A DNA stretch of 64,000 nucleotides from Candidatus Sericytochromatia bacterium (GTDB taxonomy: Bacteria > Cyanobacteriota > Sericytochromatia > S15B-MN24 > JAQBPE01), in NCBI GenBank assembly GCA_040400605.1, contig JBBAPZ010000002.1, positions 97,576 through 161,575 on the forward strand, given 5' to 3'. The notes beneath the pieces were generated by a model that searched no databases, was not told where the DNA came from, and saw only the letters and a program-made list of their open reading frames with translations. Positions within the stretch are counted from its first letter, which is position 1. Each line of letters opens with the position of its first letter. The position numbers were made by a program, and so were the translations under genes. Positions 1 through 9,075 of the stretch are shown here, piece after piece.

Positions 1-2
1 GG

Positions 3-2648
3 GTGCCCTTGCTCGCTGGCGGGGCATTTGTTGGTGGTGGCGCGACTGCGGTGGTCGCTCGTGCAACGCTTGATAATCAGTTTGATTTGAGCAGAGAAGG
101 TGCGAGCACTTTTGCGGTGGGCGGCGTCAGTGGTGTGGCGACGGCCTTGACGGGTGGCGCATCGCAGGCTTTGACGGCGGGGATCGGGACGCAGGCTGCT
201 CGGGTTGTTGGGCAACAGGCGGTACAGCGTGCCACCGGGCAAGCCGCGATCCGGGCGGGTGCCAGTGCGATTGTCGGTGGTGGTGTGGGTAGTGCGACCA
301 GTGGTGCGCAGGCGATCGCCAGTGGACAGGACGCCCAGGGTGTGGCCAAGACCATGGCCCTTGGCGCCCTCGGTGGTGCGGCAGGTAGTGCCGCGACGTC
401 AGGTGTCAGCGCAGCGCTTGGGCGTGGCGCGCGTGCCTTGCAGCAAGGCACGGCGGCAGGGAACGGGATGGTGTCCAGCACTGTGCGTGCGGCGACGCGA
501 GCCAGTGAAACTGCGTTGGGGCGTTCGGCAGGCGCACTGACACAAGGTGTGGTTTCGGGCGGCACCAGTGGTGGTGCGGCGGCACTGGCCAATCAATTGG
601 CTTCGGGTCAGCCGGTGGATTTTGCGGCGATGCGCCGGCAGATTCTGGCAGGCGCGATCCAAGGTGGGTTCTCAGTGGCAGCAGGGCGAGCCGCTGCTGG
701 ACTGCCCAAGCGGTCAGCCGTTCGTGCGCCCCTCTCGTCTGTCGATGCCCAAGCGCGAATCAATGCCTTGGCTCCCGAGGGCAATCGGGTGCTCAACCGC
801 GAGTTTCGGGAGCTGGGTGATCAATACCGTCAGGCCCAGGAAACGGCGCTTGCGCGAATGGCCGCCTTGCAGGCCAAACACCGTGGCCTGACGAGCGTAT
901 CGGATGCAGATGCACGCGCAACTGCACTCGCCGAGCCCGTTCGTGCCTATGGCGAGGCGATGGCCAAGCTAGATGGAACGCGGACACAGTTACTTGATTT
1001 TGCCCGCAACCATCTCGGACGTACTCAAACGCTGGAGTTGGCGCGCGCGGTGGGTGAACCAAATCTGGATGTGGCGTGGGATCGCCCGATGAACCCGGGG
1101 ACAGCGGGCAAACACAATGAAGCAGTGGCAGGCTTCGTGACACGATTTGCCGAATTGGGGCTTACCGACGTCGCGCAACCGGGCGTGAAGGGTCTGTCAT
1201 CACGTGCGCTCCAGAGCATTTCGGAGGCGTTGCACACCGAAGCCAGTTCGGCGGATGCCAAAGGCGCCGCAAATGTCGAGCATCTGGCGAGCGTTTTGAG
1301 GGGTAATCTGCTGACTGCGAGGCGGGAGAAGGGGGCGCCTTTGACACAGGCGGAGGTGGATACCCGTGCCGCAGTGACGGTGCTAACCGATGCGTGGATG
1401 AAGGGGGCTTCGCCGGAAGTGCTGGCCAGCGTTCGCACGGCGAGCACGAACTTGGGAGCGAATGGCAAAGTGATTTACGAGAATATGCTTGCCCGCGGGC
1501 TCAACATTGACAGTATGGATCAGGTGCCATCAGCCATCCGGCCGCAATTGACCGAATGGTTCACCAGATTCGGTCCGCCGCAGACCAGGGAAGCGGTGGC
1601 GAAGGCGTTGGGCGATAAGGGATTGTCGGCCGCGGATGTGGGGGTTTGGACCGATCGGATCATGGCGCGGGACAAGCAGGTGACGAATCCATTCTTGCTG
1701 GGCACGTGGTTGCACGGGATGCCACAATTTGACGCGGTGAATGGTGTCGTGAAAAGCATGGGCGGTGATCGCGCAATGGCGCAGAACTACTATGAAGAGG
1801 TGCTGGCGCACCATGCATCCGGTTTCGTGATGGATGGCTTTAGCCGAGCCAAGATGAACGTCAATTTTTACGAAATGGCGCGCGCGGGGCAACTCACGCC
1901 CGAGGCGGCACAGCGCCTGACCGGGTTGTATACCAGTTCTTCGGCGCTGGCGGGCAAGTGGCGTCCGGTGATTGATATGGCGACCAGTGGCAGGCCACTT
2001 AGTATGGAGCAGTATGGGCAGTTCCGTCAGGCGATAGGGTTGAAACCGCTCAGTGGGGCTGAGCGCTTGGCTTACCAGCAGTTGAATGGGGGGCAGGGGC
2101 GACCGCTCACGGCGCAAGAGTATCAGATGTTCCGGCAGCGTTACAGCGCGGATGCGGCGCCGATGCGGGCGGCGATCGCCCGCCTGATTCCGAACAGTCG
2201 GGCCCAGTTGCTTAATGATGACAGCCAGCAGTTCACGGTCATCGGGATGCCGAAATGGATAAACATGATGACTGCGATGGGGAAACCCGAGACCAACGGG
2301 GAACTGATCGACCTTGTCTATCGCAGCGCGGTTCAACCCTACGCGGAAGAAAGTTATGCACGGGGCGCGTCGGTTGGTAGCGATTTCGATCAATCAACCG
2401 CGCCAGTGGCCGAACGACTTGGCATGACCTTGGACCCACTGACGCGCACTTACCGTCCGGCAGCAGCAGGCGAGCAGGGTCAAAGTCTTCTATCCGCACG
2501 AATTCTTGCCAACGAGACCCTGCGCGCCCGTTTGAATGCTGGATCGCTGGATGCCACGAGCCCCGAGGCAGTGATCGACTGGTTCCGGAGGCAGGCCGTC
2601 GATCCCTCGCTCGTGACACAATTGGTTCAGTCAAACCCGACTCAATAG
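3..2648 (+). CDS. Large 5'-truncated protein: Gly/Ala-rich N-terminal region plus C-terminal HD-like domain (toxin/effector-like)
   Basis: 881-aa ORF running off the window start; GAxGG-rich first ~230 aa; spaced motifs KHNE, LTDAW, LHG, LAHH, NDD resembling the HD fold. Confidence 0.6.
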   Translation: MPLLAGGAFVGGGATAVVARATLDNQFDLSREGASTFAVGGVSGVATALTGGASQALTAGIGTQAARVVGQQAVQRATGQAAIRAGASAIVGGGVGSATSGAQAIASGQDAQGVAKTMALGALGGAAGSAATSGVSAALGRGARALQQGTAAGNGMVSSTVRAATRASETALGRSAGALTQGVVSGGTSGGAAALANQLASGQPVDFAAMRRQILAGAIQGGFSVAAGRAAAGLPKRSAVRAPLSSVDAQARINALAPEGNRVLNREFRELGDQYRQAQETALARMAALQAKHRGLTSVSDADARATALAEPVRAYGEAMAKLDGTRTQLLDFARNHLGRTQTLELARAVGEPNLDVAWDRPMNPGTAGKHNEAVAGFVTRFAELGLTDVAQPGVKGLSSRALQSISEALHTEASSADAKGAANVEHLASVLRGNLLTARREKGAPLTQAEVDTRAAVTVLTDAWMKGASPEVLASVRTASTNLGANGKVIYENMLARGLNIDSMDQVPSAIRPQLTEWFTRFGPPQTREAVAKALGDKGLSAADVGVWTDRIMARDKQVTNPFLLGTWLHGMPQFDAVNGVVKSMGGDRAMAQNYYEEVLAHHASGFVMDGFSRAKMNVNFYEMARAGQLTPEAAQRLTGLYTSSSALAGKWRPVIDMATSGRPLSMEQYGQFRQAIGLKPLSGAERLAYQQLNGGQGRPLTAQEYQMFRQRYSADAAPMRAAIARLIPNSRAQLLNDDSQQFTVIGMPKWINMMTAMGKPETNGELIDLVYRSAVQPYAEESYARGASVGSDFDQSTAPVAERLGMTLDPLTRTYRPAAAGEQGQSLLSARILANETLRARLNAGSLDATSPEAVIDWFRRQAVDPSLVTQLVQSNPTQ

Positions 2649-2967
2649 TAGGAACAGCAGCAAGCGCCACACACAGTTCGTGCTGTCAGCCCCTGCATCT
2701 GACAATGGCCTTGTGCCATCAGGAACAGGTGCTTGTCACGCGCGATACAGCGTAACGCTCAGGTTTCTGCTCATAAACTGATGTCGCAATTTAAAAACAG
2801 TAAAGACAATATCACCCACGCTCGCATTTCTGCATCGCGGATGCGCTTTGGTGTTCTGGACCAAGATTTGACGGGCTCATCAGTCAGCCAAAAAGTGCCA
2901 ATCAGTACTACGCTTGCGTAATGTACGTGCTGCCCGATTATGATCATTCCGCAAGCAGAGCCAGTTC

Positions 2968-2996
2968 AAAAAAAGAACGCCGCATTTGCGGCGCTC
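2968..2996 (-). terminator. Intrinsic terminator of rpsT
   Basis: Minus strand GAGCGCCGC-AAAT-GCGGCGTTC followed by T7. Confidence 0.85.
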
Positions 2997-3016
2997 TCGC
3001 AGAATTCGAAGAGGGG

Positions 3017-3283
3017 TCAGTGCGCGACTGCCGCGTTAACCCGCTTCATCAAACGTGACTTGAGACGCGCAGCCTTGTTGGGGTGAATGACACCCTTTCG
3101 CGCAGCCCGGTCGATCGCACTGATAGCCGTCACGGTCGCAGTTCCTTCCGCGTCAGCGCTTCCAAGGGCTGTCACCGCCTGCTTGATGCGGGTCTTCACT
3201 TCTGACTTGACCGCCACATTCCGGATGCGGTTACGCTCTGCGATTTCGACACGCTTGATGCCCGATTTGATACGCTTGGCCAT
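3017..3283 (-). CDS. rpsT: 30S ribosomal protein S20
   Basis: MAKRIKSGIKR..ERNRIRN..KSEVKT..IDRAARKGVIHPNKAARLKSRL; GGGAG RBS. Confidence 0.97.
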   Translation of the reverse strand: MAKRIKSGIKRVEIAERNRIRNVAVKSEVKTRIKQAVTALGSADAEGTATVTAISAIDRAARKGVIHPNKAARLKSRLMKRVNAAVAH

Positions 3284-3538
3284 TGATGCTGCTATCTCCC
3301 TACAAATACAAATGAACTGACTCGCTTCGCGATCCAAAGCTTTGGCAAGACGCCGACTGGCATACAAGCGAAGGTCAAGACGACAGAACCCATTATAGCC
3401 CTGTCGCATCAGACGCGCAACAGCAACAACAACAGACTTTGAACCAACCGCGCCATCGTGACTTTTTGTGCAAAAACGATGTGGCAAAATCAAAAGGATC
3501 AGACACTCACGCGCCCACCAAGCTGTACAAACGTTTAG

Positions 3539-4219
3539 CTAGTGGCGCCACAACAGGATGCCGCCATTGAATGCGCCGCGCATCTTGCCGTTTGGGTCTT
3601 TCCCGAGCGGCGTCCCCAAGGCGGCACGCAACGTCTCAGGCGACAGGCGCAACGGGCCACTTGCCAACGGATCACACAGTAGTGCCTCCGCGTCAGTGAG
3701 CCGAACCAACAGAGCAAAGTGACCGCCGTTGAACCGGTGGCGCAATAAGTGCGCGTAAGCGGGCGTTGGGTTGAGATTCAGAATCATTGCCCGCCCCGGT
3801 AACGCCATCGCCTCACGGAGAGGCTCCCATTCGCGCACCACGCTTGCCTCCAAGCCCGCACGCAACGCGCCATCTTGCACCTGCAAGGGGAATGTCCAAA
3901 TCAATTCATCGACCTCCCCCGTCATCAAATAGCGGGCGCGCCGGATTAAGGACTGCGCACGCTCAGGCACCGCCATCTCACGCGGGGCCACACCGAACAA
4001 GCGCATCGCCATGGCCAGTGATGTGGGACCGCAATTCGCGTTGTGCGCCACAGTCGGCCCGTGATTGAAACGACGGTCTTCAAACTGGGTGACAAAGAAA
4101 TCCTCCGGTTGAGCGAAGGCCACCCGCGCAACCAGGAAACCCTCGTGAGCGATCGCCCCCAAGGCACCACCCAAGAGCCCCAAAACCCCAAAAACCAACG
4201 TCAGCCGACCCCAACGCAT
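3539..4219 (-). CDS. Secreted C39-like cysteine peptidase
   Basis: N-terminal hydrophobic segment; NCGPTSLAM, GGHF and CDP (Cys-His-Asp triad). Confidence 0.75.
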   Translation of the reverse strand: MRWGRLTLVFGVLGLLGGALGAIAHEGFLVARVAFAQPEDFFVTQFEDRRFNHGPTVAHNANCGPTSLAMAMRLFGVAPREMAVPERAQSLIRRARYLMTGEVDELIWTFPLQVQDGALRAGLEASVVREWEPLREAMALPGRAMILNLNPTPAYAHLLRHRFNGGHFALLVRLTDAEALLCDPLASGPLRLSPETLRAALGTPLGKDPNGKMRGAFNGGILLWRH

Positions 4220-4243
4220 CCTGTACACCCCACGCGTCAAAAC

Positions 4244-4272
4244 TTGACAATTCTACTCCGAAATCAGACACT
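4244..4272 (+). promoter_or_regulatory. Sigma70-type promoter of the fur-feo operon
   Basis: TTGACA (4244-4249), 17-bp spacer, GACACT (4267-4272). Confidence 0.6.
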
Positions 4273-4280
4273 TCGTTATT

Positions 4281-4299
4281 GGGAATGATTATCAGTTTC
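4281..4299. promoter_or_regulatory. Fur box
   Basis: GGGAATGATTATCAGTTTC vs consensus GATAATGATAATCATTATC, just downstream of the promoter and upstream of fur/feoAB. Confidence 0.75.
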
Positions 4300-4328
4300 A
4301 GTTGTGCGGAGTGGGGGCGGTCAGGCGG

Positions 4329-4829
4329 ATGACGTGGGTGTCGAATGTGAAGGCGCGTCTCGATTTGACGACGATGCAAGCTGACCTCAGGCGTCGGGGT
4401 TATCGCGTGACGCCGCAGCGTGAGGCAATTTTGCGGGTGTTTGAGGGATTGCCGGAGGGAACTCATCTGAGTGCGGAGGCGTTGCATGAGCGCTTGCGTG
4501 AGAATGAGCATGGAATTGGTTTGGCAACGACTTATCGAACGCTGAGGTTGTTGGTGTCGATGGGCTTTTTGCGCGAGCTGAATTTGTCGGATGGCCAGCG
4601 GCATTATGAGATGAATGAGGCGCAGGGTTCGCCTCATCATCATTTGATTTGTGTGGCGTGCAATCGTGCGATCGAGTTTGATCGAGCGGATCTTCACGAA
4701 TTGGGTCGTGCGATCGCCGCCGAAAACGGCTTCGCGCTGCTCGACGTGCAGTACAAAATTTATGGCACTTGCGCCGCGTGCCAAGGACAACCCCACGCGC
4801 AGACAAAGCCATCAGGAGACTCTATATGA
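4329..4829 (+). CDS. fur: Fur family transcriptional regulator
   Basis: RVTPQREAIL, HLSAE, LATTYRTL, HHHLICVAC, GTCAAC; start uncertain. Confidence 0.92.
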   Translation: MTWVSNVKARLDLTTMQADLRRRGYRVTPQREAILRVFEGLPEGTHLSAEALHERLRENEHGIGLATTYRTLRLLVSMGFLRELNLSDGQRHYEMNEAQGSPHHHLICVACNRAIEFDRADLHELGRAIAAENGFALLDVQYKIYGTCAACQGQPHAQTKPSGDSI

Positions 4830-5047
4830 GCCGTTTAAGCGCTGCTAAACCCGGCGAACGTGTGCGCATCACGGATATTTCGCACTCGGATGTGCGTTTG
4901 CAATTGATGCGCTGGGGATTGATGACAGGCTCGTGGGTGACGTGCCAGGCGGTGTTGCCGGGCGGTCCGGTGGTGGTCCGTCGCCATCATCAGGAGATTG
5001 CCTTGGGACGCGATTTGGCGGAACGCATCGAAGTGGAGTTGTTATGA
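4826..5047 (+). CDS. feoA: Ferrous iron transport protein A
   Basis: 73 aa, LMRWGL..G..V..GGPVVV..IALGR..AERIEV; overlaps fur stop (ATGA). Confidence 0.88.
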   Translation: MSRLSAAKPGERVRITDISHSDVRLQLMRWGLMTGSWVTCQAVLPGGPVVVRRHHQEIALGRDLAERIEVELL

Positions 5048-6906
5048 ACGTCGTCGAGCATGGGTTTGAGCCACCAACTGCGCGTCTTGCCGAGGATACC
5101 CCGCGTGGGCGCCTCGTTTTGGCCGGCAATCCCAACGTGGGAAAGTCGGTGTTTTTTCATGCCTTGACAGGGATGTACGTGGATGTGTCGAACTACCCTG
5201 GAACGACGGTTGACGTCAGTACGGGGCAGCACGACGGGATGCTGGTGTCCGACACGCCCGGCGTGTATGGTGTGGGTTCTTACAACGATGAGGAGACGGT
5301 GGCGCGGGATATCATCCTGACGGCAGACGTCATCTTGAATGTGGTTTCAGCCAGCACCTTGGAGCGGGATCTGTTTTTGACGCAGCAGCTGCTTGATATG
5401 AGGAAACCGATGGTGGTGGCGCTCAATCAGTGTGATGAAGCGCGCACGCAAGGAATTGCGATTGATCACCAACTGTTGTCAGGGCGGCTTGGCGTGCCGG
5501 TCATCCCGTGCGTGGCCACGGCGGGCATCGGAATTCCTGAAGTCTTGGCCGCCCTCAAACAGCCGCATCCCGGGCATCGAATGCCAATGCTACTCGACCG
5601 GTTATCCGAATTGGGCAAGACGGGCGCCAGCGAAGCTGAGGCCTTGTTGCTTCTGGAGGATGATCCGGTGCTCAAGGCCCGCTTGGGTTATCGGGGCGTC
5701 AGCGAGCGAGAGGCCATTTACGCGCAGCGGCGAGCCTTTGTGGATGAGTTGGTTCAAGCAACCGTACAGGGGCTCGATACTCCGCCGCGGTTGAGTCTCA
5801 AACTGGGAGCGGCGTTGTTGAATCCCTGGTGGGGAACGCTGGTTGCTTTCGCCATCCTTGCGCTCATGTACGCAGTGATTGGCGATGGGGTTGCGCAACG
5901 TCTGGTGGAATTGACGGAAGAGCGTCTGATGCAGGCGTATTATGAGCCGTTTGTGCGACGTGTGGTCGAGGGTTGGGTGCCTTCAGCCACGCTGCAACTC
6001 GTTCTGGTGGGTGAGTTCGGTTTGCTGACGATGACGGTGACGTACATATTGGGTTTGATGTTGCCGCTGGTAGTCGCGTTTTATGCGTTTATGGCCATGC
6101 TGGAGGATACCGGTTATCTACCGCGATTGGCTGTCTTGGTGGATCGCGGATTATCGCGTCTGGGGTTGAATGGTCGCGCGGTAATCCCGCTGATTTTGGG
6201 TTTTGGCTGTGTGACGATGGCAACCATCACGACCCGCTTGCTTGGCACGCAGCGTGAGAAGACGATCGCCACGGCCATTTTGGGTCTCACGGTGCCGTGT
6301 TCAGCGCAACTCGGGGTTATCTTGGGGTTGTTGGGCCGGACAGGAAATTGGCAGTCGTGGGCAATTTATATCGGCACGATGGGCGCTGTGCTGGTGTTGA
6401 TTGGTACGGTCTTGAACCGGCTCTTGCCGGGGCAATCGTCTGCGTTGCTGATTGACCTGCCCCCTCTGCGGCTGCCGCAATGGCGTAACGTTGTGCGCAA
6501 GACCTGGAATAAATCGGTCGGGTTTTTGGCCGAGGCGACACCACTTTTCATGATCGCGAGCCTGCTTGTCAGCCTGTTGCAGTTAAGTGGTTGGTTGAAT
6601 GTGTTGATGAAAGGGCTCGCGCCCTTGGTGGTGGGGGTGTTGCATCTGCCGGAGGCTGCCGCAACGGCGTTTTTGATGGGGATGATACGTCGTGATTTCG
6701 GTGCTGCCGGTATGACGGATCTTGCCATGACACCTGCGCAGGTGGTGATCAGCCTCGTGGTCATCACGCTGTTCGTTCCTTGCATCGCAACCGTGGTGGT
6801 TTTGTACAAGGAGCGCGGTGTGAAAGAAGCCAGCACGCTGTGGCTGGGGTCGTGGGTTTTGGCATTCAGTATCGGTGGGTTGCTGGCAGCCCTGATGGTG
6901 CCTTGA
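5044..6906 (+). CDS. feoB: Ferrous iron transporter B
   Basis: GNPNVGKS, NYPGTT, DTPG G-domain; EDTGYLPR, GFGC, VPCSAQ membrane domain. Confidence 0.95.
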   Translation: MNVVEHGFEPPTARLAEDTPRGRLVLAGNPNVGKSVFFHALTGMYVDVSNYPGTTVDVSTGQHDGMLVSDTPGVYGVGSYNDEETVARDIILTADVILNVVSASTLERDLFLTQQLLDMRKPMVVALNQCDEARTQGIAIDHQLLSGRLGVPVIPCVATAGIGIPEVLAALKQPHPGHRMPMLLDRLSELGKTGASEAEALLLLEDDPVLKARLGYRGVSEREAIYAQRRAFVDELVQATVQGLDTPPRLSLKLGAALLNPWWGTLVAFAILALMYAVIGDGVAQRLVELTEERLMQAYYEPFVRRVVEGWVPSATLQLVLVGEFGLLTMTVTYILGLMLPLVVAFYAFMAMLEDTGYLPRLAVLVDRGLSRLGLNGRAVIPLILGFGCVTMATITTRLLGTQREKTIATAILGLTVPCSAQLGVILGLLGRTGNWQSWAIYIGTMGAVLVLIGTVLNRLLPGQSSALLIDLPPLRLPQWRNVVRKTWNKSVGFLAEATPLFMIASLLVSLLQLSGWLNVLMKGLAPLVVGVLHLPEAAATAFLMGMIRRDFGAAGMTDLAMTPAQVVISLVVITLFVPCIATVVVLYKERGVKEASTLWLGSWVLAFSIGGLLAALMVP

Positions 6907-7121
6907 TGATGCGTTGGCCTTTTCAGCGAAAGGGTGTGGAAGCTTTGTTGCAGGGGGCAGATACGGGGGTCTGTCCGACTGTGCCGTGTCCGACTTGTCG
7001 GGCACCGTTGCCGATTGTGGGTTATGATCAGCGCTGTCCGCGTTGCCGGAGTGTGCTTACCGCACAATCACGCTGTCCGGGCGGCTGCTCGGGGTGCGCG
7101 ATGGGGGATGCGCGTGATTGA
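6906..7121 (+). CDS. Small Cys-rich FeoB-associated (FeoC-like) protein
   Basis: ATG overlaps feoB TGA; CPTC, CPRC, CPGGCSGC. Confidence 0.65.
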   Translation: MMRWPFQRKGVEALLQGADTGVCPTVPCPTCRAPLPIVGYDQRCPRCRSVLTAQSRCPGGCSGCAMGDARD

Positions 7122-7299
7122 AGATGGGATTGTTCAGTTTCAGGTGCGCGTGATGCGTCCGCCTGGGCGGTATGTGGAGACTGTGCGTGCCGCCTTGGAA
7201 GAGGCCGGCTTTGATGCCTTGCGATGGGCAGTGGTTGCGACGGAGGATGACTGTTGGGTGATCGAGGGGGCAGGGTGGCGTTTGACGCGATTCACCTGA
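7108..7299 (+). CDS. Small hypothetical protein of the type found upstream of DUF3326 in cyanobacteria
   Basis: 63 aa with LRWAVV..IEG motif; overlaps both neighbours. Confidence 0.55.
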   Translation: MRVIEDGIVQFQVRVMRPPGRYVETVRAALEEAGFDALRWAVVATEDDCWVIEGAGWRLTRFT

Positions 7300-8372
7300 T
7301 ACCGACTGGCGTGGGTGCCAGCATCGGTGGTTTTGCTGGCGATGGTGCGCCGGTTACGGCGCTGTTGGCCGGAGCCGTTGATTCCCTGTTAACCCACCCC
7401 AATGCCGTGAATGCAGCCACGTTGTTTGCCTTGCCCGCCAATGCGCATTACGTGGAAGGCTGGGCGCTCGAACGTTGGATGGCGGGTGAGATTGCCTTGC
7501 GGCCACGGGTGGGCAATCGGGTGGGGTTGTTGCTGGATGCTGCCATTGAGCAGATGCCGGTTGAGACCTTGACGGGTATCTTGAATGCTGCGCACGCCGT
7601 GCAGGCGGTTTTTGGGGTTGAGTGCGTGGGGTATTGGCTGACGGATGAGCCGGTTGGGGCGCGTCTGGGGCGCGATGGCCGGGGGCGATCGTCAACCGGC
7701 AGCCTGAGCAATCCGGGCACTTTGCTTGCCGGAGCACGCGAACTGCTCGCGCGCGGCGCCGAGGCGATCGCGGTGATGGTGTACCTCGGTGACGGCACGC
7801 CGGACGAAGAATGGGCCTATCAGACCGGTCAGGGTGTGGATCCCATCGGTGGGCTAGAAGCGATCATTTCTCACCTGTTGGTGTCAGAACTACGGGTGCC
7901 CGCCGCGCATGCGCCCCTGTATCCCTTCTCGGCGATGGGGCCCGGCCTGGTGGACCCGCGCGCGGCTGCCGAATACATCGGCCAGAATTATCTGCCTTGT
8001 ATCCTGCAAGGTTTAGCCCGTCATCCGCGTTTGATTGCGCCCGCCACCCACAGCCCAGGTGACCTGAACCCAAGGGATCTGGGGGCTGTGGTGGTCCCGG
8101 CCACCTGTGTCGGGGGGGCGATCGTTTTGCAGGCACTAGAAAATCGCATCCCCGTCATCACGGTGGCGGACAACGAGACGGCGTTGGATGTGACCATCGA
8201 TGCGCTGGGGGTGAGCGGACAGATACTCACGGCCAAGAATTACCTGGAAGCGTGTGGGTTGCTGACCGCGCTACGGCTGGGGCTGGCTCCGGGCAGTGTG
8301 CAAAGACCACTTGCGCCTATTCGGAACTGGTCCTTGGCAAGCCGCAAAGCGCGTGGGTGCACCGACGAATGA
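7275..8372 (+). CDS. DUF3326 family protein
   Basis: IPTGVGASIGGFAGD, THPNAVN, YVEG, GVDPIGGLEAIISH, AAHAP, DPRAAAE. Confidence 0.88.
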   Translation: MAFDAIHLIPTGVGASIGGFAGDGAPVTALLAGAVDSLLTHPNAVNAATLFALPANAHYVEGWALERWMAGEIALRPRVGNRVGLLLDAAIEQMPVETLTGILNAAHAVQAVFGVECVGYWLTDEPVGARLGRDGRGRSSTGSLSNPGTLLAGARELLARGAEAIAVMVYLGDGTPDEEWAYQTGQGVDPIGGLEAIISHLLVSELRVPAAHAPLYPFSAMGPGLVDPRAAAEYIGQNYLPCILQGLARHPRLIAPATHSPGDLNPRDLGAVVVPATCVGGAIVLQALENRIPVITVADNETALDVTIDALGVSGQILTAKNYLEACGLLTALRLGLAPGSVQRPLAPIRNWSLASRKARGCTDE

Positions 8373-8454
8373 GGCAAAAATCACAAACAGGTTGTTCAGA
8401 TGGTACGCGCGATGCGGTGAGCAATTTGTTATGCTGGTGGTTGGAGTACGCCAG

Positions 8455-8970
8455 ATGAACCATGCCTTGCTGATCGATGACTTGCCTGTGAACCGTCAGT
8501 TGCGGTTCACGGTGGCTGGCCACACACTGCACCTCATCCGAACGAAAGGTGAAAGCGTGGAGGCATTTTATCTGCGCTTGCTGGCCTATCGGCTGTATGC
8601 CGAAAGACCGGGACTTGAGCAGCACCTCGACTGGCATGGTAAGTTCGCGCCAGATTGGGCTTGCGTCGATCTCAAAGGCAACATCACCTTTTACTTGCGT
8701 ACTCGGCCGCTCGCCTGGGATGAATTGCTGTACGTCTTGCGCCACCACGGCTCAGCCGAAGTTGCGCTCGTCAAGATTTTGGCATGTGATTGGGAAGATG
8801 ATGCGCTCGATGAATTGCTGAATCATGAGATTCGGCAATTCAAGCGGCAGATTCATTATCGTTACCTCAATGGTCGCTTGGGTGTCACGTTTCTTCGTCC
8901 CTTGGGTGAATGGTTTGACCCCCAGCAACTGACTGTTCCGGAAGACGTCTGCCGTACGATTCGTTTTTGA
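8455..8970 (+). CDS. YaeQ-like protein
   Basis: ES..F.LRLLAY, PDW..DL.G.I pattern. Confidence 0.55.
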   Translation: MNHALLIDDLPVNRQLRFTVAGHTLHLIRTKGESVEAFYLRLLAYRLYAERPGLEQHLDWHGKFAPDWACVDLKGNITFYLRTRPLAWDELLYVLRHHGSAEVALVKILACDWEDDALDELLNHEIRQFKRQIHYRYLNGRLGVTFLRPLGEWFDPQQLTVPEDVCRTIRF

Positions 8971-9075
8971 GGATGCGATGTGGGGTACAAGCCACTCAAG
9001 GTTGGCCGTAGCGCGCCAAGAACCGATGCGTCTTACCTTGGATGCTTGTTGGTGGGTTTTTGAAGGAGTCTCCCG

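Noticed and set aside
2733..2921. Immunity gene for the upstream toxin-like ORF
   Set aside because: TTG start without RBS, 62 aa, no features; unsupported
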